A stretch of 64,000 nucleotides of DNA from Octopus sinensis (taxonomy: Eukaryota), in assembly GCF_006345805.1 (NCBI RefSeq), contig NC_043001.1, positions 114,080,001-114,144,000 on the forward strand, read 5' to 3'. Within the stretch, counting starts at the first letter, position 1, and each line of letters begins with the position of its first letter. The notes beneath the pieces are model-generated. The model was not told the origin of the DNA and ran no database searches. It saw only the letters and a list, made by a program, of their open reading frames with translations. A program made the translations under genes and the position numbers. This document shows positions 39,325-52,812 of the stretch, one piece after another.

Positions 39325-42180
39325 GCAATCAAGCTATATGCATGGCACTCACAGAAACGCATCTTGAACCGATATAGGTGATGCAGAAATACACATGCCG
39401 CAATATGCAGTCATACGCACAGATAGAAAAGGGAGGAGCCATGGTGGAGTTGGCAATGTACATCCGAGATGACCTCTCACGCCCCAGGTCCTGCTGTCAT
39501 ATTCAAACTCAGTATGTGAAACCAAATTGTACACATAAGACAACTGAATATCGTCATATGCACTACATATCGCCCACCAGACGCCCCAAAACACTCAGGC
39601 ATGTTTGAAGACTGCCTAACAAAAATCGGAGAAGTCCTCACCAACCTTGAACAGAGCACAACAGTGTATTCTTCATGGGTGACTTTAACCTCCCCAATGT
39701 GGAATGGCCTGGGGGGCAGATGCTCCGGGATGACACACATCAGCAGGCACAGGTGGAGTCCCCTGCTCCATCTCACAAATACCTCTTTCATGGAGCAAAT
39801 AGTTCTGCAACCAACAAGGGCAGATTATACTGGATCTCTGCTTCACAAACAATATGGAATTAGCCATAATGTTAATGTGATGCCGACAATGATCTCGGAT
39901 CACAACATCATAGAGCTGTCTATGTATGGAAAACAAAGCCCCGCAGACACACAGCCTATACGAAGCACCTACCATCTCTCCAACTTAAACTTTCATAAAG
40001 CCAACTGGAAGTCGATTGAGAAAGAGATCCTCAAACAGGATTGGCCGAATGTCTCTCCACACCGGACATAAACATGAAACACAAACACTTCATGTCCATA
40101 ATACAAGCCATATGTGACAAATATGTCCCATGTGCAGGGCCAGCACACACAAGAACAAAAACAGGATCCTAGAGAGAGGAGGATTCTTATGAGACGACGG
40201 ACAAGGATTGCAAACCGCCTGAGCAGCACCACCAAAAGTGGTGAGAAGTCTCGGCTCGAAAGAATGCTAATGGAAACTGAGAAAAGTCTACATCATCCCA
40301 TGAAAAGAGAGAGCAGATAAAGAAGCTTGGGTAATAGAAAATATAAAATCAAACCCTAAAAAGCTTTCTTTAAGTTTGCCAAAGAGACAGCCACAGTGCA
40401 ACCAGAGAATAGGACCTCTCTTCCAAAAAGATGGCTCTCTCACAGGAAATCCCACGATGATAAGTGAAATACTGAACGAACCGTTCCAAAGTGTGTTCAC
40501 TACACCTCTAGGACCAGGCAAGTAAACAACCCAAAGAATTCTTTGCCACTTTACCAGCGGCCAAATAGACAAAATTGAGTACATCAACATCGTAAGAAAG
40601 AATGATATCACACTAGCCATTGATTAGATTGACACAAACTCAGCTGCTGGACCTGATGGATTCCCAGCGATCCTTCTCAAATCGTTGCAAACGAGCCCTT
40701 GCAAAAACCGCTACAGCTTCTGTTTCAGAGCTTTCTTGCAAGTGGTAAGCTCCCAGTCAAACTGATAGAGGGGGTAATATGCCCTATCCATAAGGAGGTA
40801 CAGAGCAGATGCTAAAAATTATAGGCCTATCTCTCTGACCTCACACATCAGCAAAGTCATGGAACGAATAGTCCGTAAGAAACGATCATGTTCCTTGAAG
40901 AAAATGACTTACTGTCTGATACCCAGCATGGATTTCGACCAGGTAGAGGCTGCCTAACACAGCTCCTGCAACCACTATGACTGGGTGTTGAAAACACTAC
41001 TAAATGGCTCAAATGTGGATGTAATATATCTTGACTTTGCAAAAGCCTTTGATAAAGTCGACCATGGTATGATCGTCACAAAACTGCGTGGTCTCGGCAT
41101 AGGCGGGAAACTTGGAGAGTGGCTGCACAACTTCCTAAAAGACAGAAACAGGCAGTTGTGAGCAATGGAGCCACCTCCAGGGAAACGCAAATAACACGGT
41201 GTCCCACAGGCACTGTCTTGGGGCCCCTGATGTTCATAGTGGCCCTTTCAGACATGCCTCTCATTGCTTACGATGACCACCTTGCTACTATGCAGATGAC
41301 ACAAAAGTCTCCCGCAATACAAAACCCTGAAAATATTGCGCATCTGCAACATGAGCTGGCACAATATACGGTGGGCTGAGGACAACAACATGCAGTTTAA
41401 TGCAGGTAAGTTCCAGGCCCTGCGCTACTGGCACACAAAGGTAAATGACGTGAAGACTGGATACACTGGCCCAGGAGAGATTGCCATCCCTGAGTCAAAA
41501 TCAGTGCGTGACCTGGGCATTGACATGAGCAATGATGCATCTTTCCAAATGCATATTGCTAATCTGGTGATAAAATGCAGACGGCTAGCTGGATGGATTC
41601 TCCGAATTTCAGAACAAGAGAGAAGGAGACACTGATGGTCCTATGGAAAACATTTGTCCCACCATCAGCCGCTTGGACTACTGCTCCCCAACTTTGGTCA
41701 CCACATAATATAAAACAAACAGCAGAACTCGAAGCAACTCAGAGAAGCTAACACAAAGAAAATCGTCTCAATGCAAAATGTGTCAGCTACTGGGAAAACT
41801 GAAGGTATTAAACCTCTCCCCGTGGCGGAGGCGGGAGAGATATGCAGTGATTATACATCTGGAAAATCCTGGAGGGTCTTGTCCCCAACTTTGGCATTCA
41901 AAGTTACTCCAACCGCAGAACGGGGCGCCGCTGCGTGGTGCCAAGGATTCCAACATCACCATCAAAATACAGGTCCATATACTGCAACAGCTTGGGTTTC
42001 AGAGGACCACAGCTCTTTAACATCCTCCCTAAATGCCTGAGAGACTTTACATGGTGTGGATGTGGTTTCTTTAAAACTAAACTGGATCTCTTCTTGTTTG
42101 GGAGTCCCAGATGAACCTACCCTCACGACAGGAGACACGGATGCGGCAGCAGCATCGACTCCCTTGTTGATCAAGTGCCA
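39325..42180 (+). mobile_element. CR1-group LINE, nearly complete but frameshifted ORF2 (APE + RT)
   Basis: MALTETHL, RTDRKGRSHGGV, GDFNLPNVEW, ISDHNIIEL, NYRPISLTSHISKVMER, QHGFRPGRGCLTQLL, YLDFAKAFDKVDHG, GTVLGPLMF, YADDTK, RRRERY, GFRGPQLFNILP; many indels. Confidence 0.92.
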
Positions 42181-43202
42181 CGTATCAGAGGTGGATTCAC
42201 AAACATATGAGCGATTAAACAAATACATTCGTATACACATTGACACACGCGGACAAACATGAATATACAACTTTATATCTTGATATCGAATTCAATTGTA
42301 AATTTAGGCTTACTGCGCAGGGGTTTTCAGTTTCATATCCTCTACGTACAAAATGATGGTCAAATCACTCCCCTTTTGTTATGTCTTCATAAGATGTCAC
42401 GAAACCTCAAACGTTATTTGGTATCAAATACAATAAAGAATACACGGATAAGAAGAGGAAATTATCCATGGACTTTTGGCATCGATATCTACTGTTGCAT
42501 TAGTATTGGTGTTGAAAACGACACCGTCTCAAAATGTACTCTCCTGAGCTGCAAGAGGCTTTTGATGCTTGCATTTGTATTTCTATAAATGAGTGAGTAA
42601 GAAAGACGTATGCAAACTCCATGTAAATAACAATATAAGGATAACATGCATACATTATTACAGGCGCGAATATGCTGTTTTATATAATCCATACATGTGT
42701 TGATGGGTTTTTCTGGTTTATTAAGGGATTTAGAATTCTTTTTACTAGAATCGTTTTACTATCCGTGGTTGACTATTCCTTATTCATTTCCAAAACCTGA
42801 TAGAACTTCCAATATTCCATTTGCACAACTGTCTATAATTCCACTACATGGAACCAGGCTAAGAGAAATTTTGATTTGCCGTTTACACACTCTCATACGA
42901 TCTATTAATTTTGGTCGTAATCTATCGATACAACACTTGTTACACTCTGGGTGTTTGATGCAGCAAATGAGATTTTTCTTTTGGTTTGCAATCTATATTT
43001 ACATTGATTTTCAGTTCCTACCAATTCATGAAAATTTTGCTTGTGCCCCGTTCAACTAATTTGCTCAAAACTATAAGACCAACTAAGTAAGATGTGCATT
43101 TCTCAGCAACGAGACCGCTGTGTGGCAAATGTATCATTTAAGTCGATGCATAAATTCTAAGTGAAATTATGTAGACGATGCGGAATAGAAGCTCATTAAA
43201 TT

Positions 43203-43545
43203 GATCGTAACTGTAACACAAAAGGTTCCCAGACCGGGCGTCGTGAGTGTTTATTGAGCGAAAACACCTAAAGCTCCACGAGCTCGGCAGGGATGGTGGT
43301 GATCCCTGCTTGTACTCTTTCAAACCACAATTTTCTCTCACTCTTACTTCCTGTTTCTGTTGTACTGTATTTCAAAGGGCCGGCCTTGTCACTCTCTGTG
43401 TCACGCTGAATATCCCCGAGACTACATTAAGGGTACACTTGTCTGTGGAGTGCTCAGCCACTTACACGTTAATTTCACGAGCAGGCTGTTCCGTTGATTC
43501 GGATAAACCGGAACCCTCGTCGTCGTAACCGACGGAGTGCTTCCA
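43203..43545 (+). mobile_element. SINE family C variant (different 5' part)
   Basis: 3' half TGTGTCACGCTGAATATCCCCGAGA...GCAGGCTGTTCCGTTGAT homologous to 30900-31050 (minus). Confidence 0.7.
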
Positions 43546-43740
43546 TCCAACACAAAAGGGTAGAGCCTTGCAGTAAATTGTGTCACGGCTATTCTCCCTG
43601 AGAAGTATATTAAAGATACATTTGTCTAAAGAACGTTGAAATACTCACCCCTCATTTCAGGAGCACATAATTCAATTGATTAAACAATTGGATCACCAAT
43701 GTTGAGCCAACTGACCAGTCACTATATATTTACAATATGC

Positions 43741-44054
43741 ATGCCCACAGGCATATGGTGTAGTGGTTAAGAGCGCGGGCTACTAACTCGAAGATTTCGA
43801 GTTCGATTGCAGGCAGTGACCAAAATAATAATAATAATAATAATAATAATATAATAATAATAATAATAATAATAATATATACAACAACAACATTGAAAAA
43901 TACCTTAGGAATGAGAACCCAGGTTCGAAATTTCCCCAAGACACCTGATGAACCGAAACGTTGTGTTAACAACAAACAAGATGGGACAAATATCCGTCAA
44001 ATGTAAATAATGAAAATAATGTACATAATTCCTCATCTCTTAAATATAGAACTG
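43741..44054 (+). mobile_element. hammerhead-bearing tRNA SINE, copy 3
   Basis: GGCATATGGTGTAGTGGTTAAGAGCGCGGGC...GAGTTCGATTGC, (AAT)n, tail GACACCTGATGAACCGAAACGTTGTGTT with stem II deleted. Confidence 0.88.
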
Positions 44055-44098
44055 TATCTACCTTCTTTTTTTCTTTCTTTCTTTCTTTTTTCTTTCTT

Positions 44099-44134
<36 letters not shown>

Positions 44135-44139
44135 ATATC

Positions 44140-44206
<67 letters not shown>

Positions 44207-44279
44207 CTATATATATACATATATATATATAGTGCACTGTTCCGTGACTGTAACATTACCAAGAGAGTACTCTATCTGA

Positions 44280-44514
44280 TGAGAGATAAATATTATTTAA
44301 TAAACACAAAACATATTATGTGCTACCTACCAAGAGCATTATACGTTGAAAACATTTCAGACAGCATTTTTTTTCACACGACTGGTACCTTCACGGAATA
44401 CTTCACGCACCAGGCGTTTTAAAAAATGCTGTCTGAGAGGTTTTCATCGCATGAAACAATGACTAGCATATAAAAATATATATTGTGTTTATTAAATAAT
44501 ATTTATTTATCTCT

Positions 44515-44516
<2 letters not shown>
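44280..44516. mobile_element. MITE-like fold-back element
   Basis: TGAGAGATAAATATTATTTAATAAACACAA...TGCTA...TGAAAAC..TCAGACAGCATTTTTT pairs with AAAAAATGCTGTCTGA..GTTTTCA...TAGCA...TTGTGTTTATTAAATAATATTTATTTATCTCTCA. Confidence 0.8.
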
Positions 44517-44559
<43 letters not shown>

Positions 44560-44741
44560 ATCTATCTCTTAATATATATTAATATATTATATATACTATA
44601 TATATTATATACATGCACACACACATATACATTTATATACGTGTGTGTACCCGTTTCTATGCACATATGTATGGATGTATAGATAAATATAGTGATATAT
44701 ATATAAATAAAAATATAGACATTATAACTATTATTATTATT

Positions 44742-44809
<68 letters not shown>

Positions 44810-44810
<1 letters not shown>

Positions 44811-44854
44811 TTGACGGATATTTGTCCCCATTTTGTTTGTTGTTAACACAACAC
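44810..44854 (-). mobile_element. orphan 3' tail fragment of the hammerhead SINE
   Basis: Minus reads GTTGTGTTAACAACAAACAAAATGGGGACAAATATCCGTCAAA, matching the SINE tail downstream of the HHR. Confidence 0.8.
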
Positions 44855-45429
44855 AGCATTGTCGATGTGAGAACTGTTGCTGCTCATGTATTTTAATTTA
44901 ATTTAAAAAAAAGAAAATGAACGAACTATTGAGTTTGGTTTAATGGCCTACCAATGTATACTATGAGTTTTTTTGCCCTAGGAGTCGGGAAGAGACTCGG
45001 CAAGAAATGGAAGCAAATTTGAATGACGAAAAAAAAAATAATAATAATAAGGACAATAATATAAGTGGTCAACGATCATTAAAGCCAGTAAAAGGGGATA
45101 TAATTCATTAAAAATTATAATTGAGAGTGTACGTGGCACCTGCGTTGATGTAAATAAGACTCGGAAAATACTCTCATAAATATCCATTTCACTGAAAGCA
45201 TACTAGGCTGGCAATAGTCGAGAGACAGGCAAATAAGGTAACTTACCATCGCGGCTGATGAGGCAAAAAATATTCCTGTGTTATATGACTTCGAACTTTG
45301 AGCTTTTTGTACTTATTTCTCATCAGCAGGTCATACTGCTTACCTAGGGTTAAAATATTTACTCACTTCACTATGCCTGTTAATCGTTGACAGAATAGCA
45401 CCAAATTTTAAACGGTATAGTGTATAATT

Positions 45430-46340
45430 CCTGACATCCATGGACGAGTGGTCTCTAGCGGTCTTTGTCCTTTATGATCTCTACCATATCCTGTTCACTC
45501 AGAAACCATTGTCTCACCTTGGGGCCTCAGCATATGTCATCTTCGGTCTCCCTCTTCAAGTGTGTCCATGTAAGGGCTCCCACAGGAGCAATGAATGTAG
45601 TATCAACTCTTAATAAATGTGAGCATGTCTTATTTTCGAGCTAACTTTTGGGAGGCCCTAGTACAACTCTGAGTTCTTCATCCTTAGTGTATACTGATCA
45701 ATGTTCAGAGCCATCCTAGGCATTCTCGTGTTCCTGAGTGAGTTTCTTGGTGAGTGTCCATGTCTCAGACCCGTACAACAGCACAGACACCACTGCAGCA
45801 ACGAAGAAACGGATTTTCAGATCTTTACGAAAGTCCAACTTCCATACACATCTCAAACAGTGGCACGCCGCCTAGACTTTGCTCTTCCTCTCAACTATAT
45901 CATCATCTGTGTTCCCAATCTTTGCTCCCAGATACAGAAAGTACTCAACCAAGTAGAGTGGCTTCCCGCCTACATTGATAATCTTCTCTGGCTTCTTGAT
46001 TTTCTCTACCAGATACCGCGTCTTAATTTCATTCATTTTCAGCCCCACACTCATTGACATAGTCTCCACCTCCAGCATCAACTCCTCTGCCTCCCTCACT
46101 GTGTCACTAGAACTATGACGTCAGCAAATTCAGTATCTGATATAATTTTAGCATTGACCTTCCTGCTCTGAGCTGGCGCTACAATAAAGCCAGAGTTCTG
46201 GTGTATCACCACAATGATAAAAAGGTAGGGAACCAATGTATCTCTCCAACCAGTACCTCAAATAACTCCTTCATCTTGTCAGGTGTAATGATTTGGGCTC
46301 TTGTATTGGTGTAGAGTCGTGATATCAGTTCCAGTATCTT
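45430..46340 (-). mobile_element. RTE-clade LINE RT/3' fragment
   Basis: RLYTNTRAQIITPD, DTEFADVIVL, VGLKMNEIKT, FLYLGA, VSVLLYGSETWTLTKKL, RMLRMALN. Confidence 0.85.
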
Positions 46341-46344
46341 CTTG

Positions 46345-46500
46345 AGATTTCTATAAGTCTGTTCACTACCAGTGAACTAAGTTAACACCCCTTATTTTAG
46401 AGCACAATCCGGAGTATTTTAGTGGTTCCAAACAGTGCCGTTTTCTGCAAGTGCTCCACATTTATTGTAGCCCATATTTGTTCCATCTACTTCTCAAGAT
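46345..46500 (-). mobile_element. R4/REL-type LINE extreme 3' fragment
   Basis: Minus encodes INVEHLQKTALFGTTKILRIVL*, the REL C-terminal LQK.ALLGTA.ILR.VL pattern. Confidence 0.65.
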
Positions 46501-46965
46501 TTTTACGCACGCCTGTGACATATACATACAAACATACATACGTACATACATAAATACATACATACATAAAAATACATATACGCACACTTACACATGCAGT
46601 GAAGTGGACGCAAACGTTCAGGTCATTTTGATAAAAAAAAAATCCATCTTTGGTTGGTTTGCTTGTTTTAATTTAACTTACGTGAACTTTCGATTTGGCA
46701 AAACTTAAGCCATAGAACAAGGCGCTTCGAGAATATAGCCGCAATCTAATGATTGCAACAGTTAAAGGTTTAACAGATAGATACACGCACATGTATATAA
46801 TATAAAATGTAAAATACGAATACATACTATCTATCTATCTGTTTATCTCTCTCTCACTCTCTCTCGCTCTCTCTATAGATATATATATATATATATACAT
46901 ATATATATGCATGTATGTATGTATGTATGTATGTATGTATGTATGTATGTATGTGTGTGTGTGTG

Positions 46966-47002
<37 letters not shown>

Positions 47003-47940
47003 ATATATATGTCATACATCGACGCCTTCTTAACCAAAACTAAATATCGAGAAAACGAAAATTCTTATTTGCTTCGTAATGCGATTAAACCTTTCAATTT
47101 TCGTAAGTATTCGAGAGAAAATAAGCGTAAAAATAAGCAAATTAATCTTTTACTACCGCGCTCTATTGTAAATTATGTAATTAACGTATTTATTTTCCTA
47201 TTTTAGATTATAGTTTGCTTTTTATATTTACACACTGATACACACACTTAATACGATAAAACATAACAAAACAAAATTAAGTAATTTAGAATGAGATATA
47301 TACACTCACAAACATAAGGGTATACATATCATTATGTATACGTATGTGCATATCGGGGGAGGGGGTATTCGTGTGTGTGCATACTTGTGTGTTATGTATG
47401 TGTGTGTATGTGTGAATGTCTGTGTGTGTAGATACAAGGATATCTATGTATCTCCACCAACGCGCATTCACGCATGTATGCGTATCTATATGTGTGTGTT
47501 GGTTGCTATGTTTCTGTGCGTGTGCATGTGTGTGTGCGTGAGTATGTCTCTGCGAGTACCTGTGTGTGTGTGTATGTGAGTGTGTCTCTGTGTGTGCCTG
47601 TGTGTATGGGAGTGTGTCTGTGTGTACCTGTGTGTATGTGAGTATGTCTTTGTGTGTACCTGTGCGTGTATGTATCTGTGTGTGTGTGAATCTATATACA
47701 TATGCGTATGTATATATATTTTTACAAACATATATATATGCATATTCATAGACATCTACGCGCATGTATATATATATATGTATATATATATGAATAAATA
47801 TATAAATATATATTTATACTTACATACACGCACACGCACACACACGCGCACACGCGCACACACACAAACCACACACACATATACATACATTTATGAATGT
47901 CTGTATGTACCTGTATATATATATATACATATATATATAT

Positions 47941-47990
<50 letters not shown>

Positions 47991-48421
47991 ATATATACAC
48001 ATATCTATATAATATATCTATATATAATATATAATATATATCTATATATTATATATCTATATATCTATATATATACACATCTATATATACATTATTCCTG
48101 TATCTTAGACTAATACTCTAAAGTAGAATCAACTTCCTGTGTGTTGCAATCTGATCAGTAATAGTTTCTCGTTGTTTCTTCACACATGTCTGATCTATTT
48201 TGTTCTAGCTTTCACTAACATTCCATTATAATGCCTTTGCACACGCGTATATTCACAGAAATGCACTTACGCATATATATAATAATATGGGCACTAACAA
48301 TCCAAAAACAGCACACTCACATACACACAGGCAGACATATACACACGCACATACATATATATATATACACATACACCTACACACAGACACACAGACACAC
48401 ACACACACACATACACACACT

Positions 48422-48452
<31 letters not shown>

Positions 48453-49254
48453 ATATATTTGCTCTTCGACATAGATTCGAACACTCGTATATATGTATAT
48501 ATGTGTGCGTCTGCATGTATATGCGTGCGTGTTTATCTGTGTGTGTGTGTATATATATGCACGTGTGTGTTTATCTGTGTGTGTGTGTATGAATATATAT
48601 ATTTATTTATTTTATTTTATTTATATATATGTACATACACAAATAGGTTCCTGCGCATGCGCACACATACACACACACACACGCACGCACATATATTCAC
48701 ACACATGCACTCATACACGCATGCGCACAAAGAAAAAATTACACATACCTGAATCCCCACCCTTAAATAGTTTCCCTACGGGCTCGAACTTGCATGCATA
48801 CAGAATGTTTGTACTCTCTTACAATTTCATTCCCATATATCTACACATATGCACACACATACACGTAGAAACTAATACACCAATATGTATATATACGCAC
48901 AATCTCATACATACACACAGCGATACACTCCCGTATGCATATACTCGTATATAAGCATAAAACGCGTACAAGCACACACCAACGCATTCTGCCACTAGTA
49001 TTCCACAACACGTACATTTACTTGAGGCATACGACCACTGCCACTAACAACAACAGCAACAATACTAAAAGTGCTCATGATGACGATAACAACATACTAA
49101 CTAAGTGAAGAGAAAAGTCAGTAAAAACAATTTTATTCTTGAGTTTAGAGTACCACAGCTACTCCTACTACCACTACCACCAACAACAGCAACAACGACG
49201 ACGATAGTAATAATAAAAGAGATGATAATAGTGATGATAATAATTAAAATGTAA

Positions 49255-50228
49255 AAATCCCTGGTTTTACATGTCTCTTGACAAGTTCAACAAACCGTGA
49301 CACCCCAAATGATTTTGTAAAATACGAAAAAAATGGTAGTCTGTAGGAGTAAGGTTAGGAGAATAAGGTGGACGAGGAATTTTTTCCCACCCAAGCTCTT
49401 CGATCTTCTCTGATGTGTTCTGTGCTGTGTGGGATCGCGCATTGTCCTGATGAAACATCACTTAGATTCACTAAAGCGGGTGTTTTTTTCCCTGTTGCAT
49501 TAGGTGGTAACAATTCAAAGTGAATTACTCCTTTGCAATCCCACCAGATAGAGATAAGAACCTTTTTCACATAAATTTCCCTTCTCGGTTGTGGTTGAGC
49601 CTTTTCCCTTTTACCAAGTCACTGTTCACGACGTTTAACATTTCGATAGAAAATCCATTTTGCGTCACCAGTCACAAGTCTATTCAAAAAAGGGTGAAAT
49701 GGGTTCGCGAGAATGGAGAGAAGAGCAGGTGTCAATTCGAGATTTGCGGTTGCTTTCGACAATTCATGAGGCACCAATTTTCTAAGTTTAGGAACTTTTC
49801 CAAGTTGTTGAAGATGACGATGAACAGTTGTATGGTTTGAAATAAGTTTATTGCCAATTCTTCAACTGATAATGCAGACTTTTCTTCAAGTAATGCCTCA
49901 AGGAGCTTATCATCAAACTCAACTGGACATCCTGTTGGATTTTCATCTTCAAGGCTGACATCTCCTTTTTGAATTTTGCAAACCATCTTCTGCAAAATCT
50001 TTCATTCAAGCATTCTTTCCCATATGTTACGAGTCGCTTCGGCTGCAGAATTTCCTTTTTTGTACACATAAAGCATTGTGTGTCTTAAATGCTCTTTGGA
50101 TACTTCCATGTTAGAAAGGGTTTTAATCAAAGAAATTTTAATTCGCTTAGGCATTCTAAAATGCTATTAAATTTCATTCAATTTTTTAAAAAAATGGTAA
50201 AATCGGACAGAACTTATGGGATGACCTG

Positions 50229-50231
<3 letters not shown>
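49255..50231 (-). mobile_element. mariner (DD34D) transposon, 3'-truncated, frameshifted transposase
   Basis: 5' TIR ATCAGGTCATCCCATAAGTTCTGTCCGATTT (50231-50200) beside (TA)n; ATG at 50109 MEVSKEHLRHTMLY; VTGDAKWIFY, KVLISIWWDCKGVIHFELLP, FHQDNARSH, PPYSPNLTPTDYHFF; no 3' TIR seen. Confidence 0.92.
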
Positions 50232-50294
<63 letters not shown>

Positions 50295-51043
50295 ATGTAT
50301 ATATGAATGTATATATATTATCTTTTTTTCCTACTTTTCCTCCTCTACCTCATCCCCTTCATCCTTCCTTCTCGATATCTATACTAATCCTTCATCCTGT
50401 AGCTAGACTTTTATTTACTTTTTTTCCTTACCGATATAAGCAAAAAACAATATATGGAAGACACACACTATAAGAGCACACCTTTGATGCAACTCTGACT
50501 GAAATTCCATTCTGATGCCTAAAACCTCAATTATTACGTAAATTAAATGATCTATGATTTCAGGTGTTTTAACACCCAGCGTTATTAGAGAATCTCACCT
50601 CAGATGATATCTCTTAGCGAATTCGGCGAATGAGTAAAACGCATACATTGTGTCTACGCGATCTATAATATTAACATTTCTGGAGCTATTTTTAATTCGT
50701 ATTTAATTTACTTGTACATGTACATTATCAAGCCACACTCATCCAATAGTTTTCACACTACTTATACATATTCGTAGACAGGCTATACAGTTTGTTCTCG
50801 ATTCGAACCAAGTGCACGGTGTTGATCAGCTATATTAATGGCGAAATACCGGTATCAATCACTCTTGATTCGATCCGGGGCGAATTGTCTCACCTGGTCT
50901 TTGAATTTCAGTTATTTCAACAGCATCATTGGGGAGTCCCTCTCTTGACGCTATCCTGCAGTGAATTCGGTGAAGAAATTACAAATATACAATGTGTATG
51001 TGCGATCGATAATGCTTAGATTACTAGTGCTATTTTTAATTCG

Positions 51044-51086
<43 letters not shown>

Positions 51087-51799
51087 ACACACACTCATAC
51101 ATGGTGAACGTTATTTGAGAACCATTAAGCATATTTTTAAAATTTCATGAAAGTCGTTTACAAAGCGAATGGACGAATTAAACTTGCAGTATTTAATTCT
51201 CTATTAAATATTCTAGGAATAACATACCAAATACATTATGTCACATCTTTCTTGTATTTCAATGTGCACTAATTTTCATTCTACCTACAAAATTCATGGC
51301 GCCAGCTATTTACAACTAGAAGAGAGGAGTATTATAATTAACGCAACGAACACAATGGTCTTTTATTTACTACTATATATGTGTGTATATGTATGTGTGT
51401 GTGTTTATACATATACATACATAGAAAGACACACTCACATACAGACACACACACATGCAGACACATTCACGCAAACACAGAGGCATACATACACACAAAT
51501 ATATATGGATGTGTATACATGCATGCGTTATTTATGTGTATATGTATATTGATATGTTATCATTCAGTGCAATATTTTTTTATTTCAATGAATTCGAAAC
51601 GTTTTTCAAGTGAATCTAAATCGAGTGCCAGCGAAGAATATATCGAATGCGTTGGCAGAAAATAAAGTATTTGAATTAATATGTACTACTGTTAGGATCG
51701 TTGTCATTATTCAGTAATAATGTAAACGATGTTTGATTGAATAAGACAAAAGGAACCTTTCATATGTTCCTTCTTGATAAATATAATAAATATAACAAT

Positions 51800-52200
51800 C
51801 AGATGAGTAACTGGATCGAGGCCTTGAACTGTTGACTTCCTAACACCATAACTTTGCCACTCCATTCTTCGAAGTTCTCTTGATACAACTCAGATTCATT
51901 TTCTCACGAAAATCATGACAGCAGATCCGAACCGGCCGAAATTATTTCAACCCATCAGTTGCGCAAAAAGCTATATTGTAAGGATCAACTTTATTTGAAC
52001 TTTGGCGTTTCTTCATGGAATTGAACGGCTTTTCGCTATGAATATATCTCACTAAGCTTTGCTTGTTTCCTATGTGAACAGTGGTATACTGATATTCTAA
52101 TGGCATTTGTACAGTTTACTGACCTCGCGGAAAGCTACTAATGAAGTTTCCAAGGTTTTAGCGATTGCAGAGCGGTAATGCCACTCAAAGACATTCCATT
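51800..52200 (-). mobile_element. Tc1-like transposase relic
   Basis: Minus fragments AIAKTLETS, FCATDGLK.F, FGSAVMIFVR, SCIKRTSKNG resemble the Tc1 HTH and VLFSDESKF..FGSDG..VRR..C+..TVKHGG motifs. Confidence 0.5.
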
Positions 52201-52593
52201 TCAGTTCATCTAATTCATCTAATTCATACTGTGGTGTACGTAAAATATAAATTGCTTAATTAACTATGAGCTATTAAAGGACAAACGTGCACAATTAGCT
52301 TATGAACTAATATGCTATTAAAAATTATGATTATTTTACATGCAATGTCTAGATTCGATGCTATTGATTGTAGAAGGAAGCCGAGTAGGGCCTCCCTCTG
52401 GTGACCAACAAATCATGAAACAGACCGTTTCAATACCCACGAGAATATTTTACTCGAAACAAAAGAATAGATATAATTAGTTTACATTATTCTTCTTCAT
52501 CCGGCAAGACTTTGTAACATTTATATATAATATATACATAATATATGATATATACATACATACATATATATATATATATAATATATATATCAA

Positions 52594-52778
52594 ACCCAGA
52601 AACTGCAGTCCGTGCATATCACTTAGGTTGACGAGGGAAGGATGACCTCCCTTTGCAAATACCGATAGGACACAGAAGGTGTGCCTATAGCCAGCTGGAG
52701 GAGATGTTCCCCTGGGGCTACAAGCTATAGTAAGATCCACCCTTAGTGGTTAGCCATATTGAGATGGCAAATATACCT

Positions 52779-52780
<2 letters not shown>
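52594..52780 (+). mobile_element. 5'-truncated copy of the 13446-13998 HHR unit
   Basis: ACCCAGAAACTGCAGTCCGTG...CCCTTTGCAAATAC.GATAGG.CACAGAA...CTGGGGCTACAAGCTA...TCCACCCTTA...TGGCAAATATAC. Confidence 0.9.

Positions 52781-52812
<32 letters not shown>

Noticed and set aside
45250-45330. Two opposed CTGATGAG motifs and an AAAGTTCGAAGTC
   Set aside because: GAAA incomplete, stem II only 2 bp and no stem I; chance resemblance is likely.
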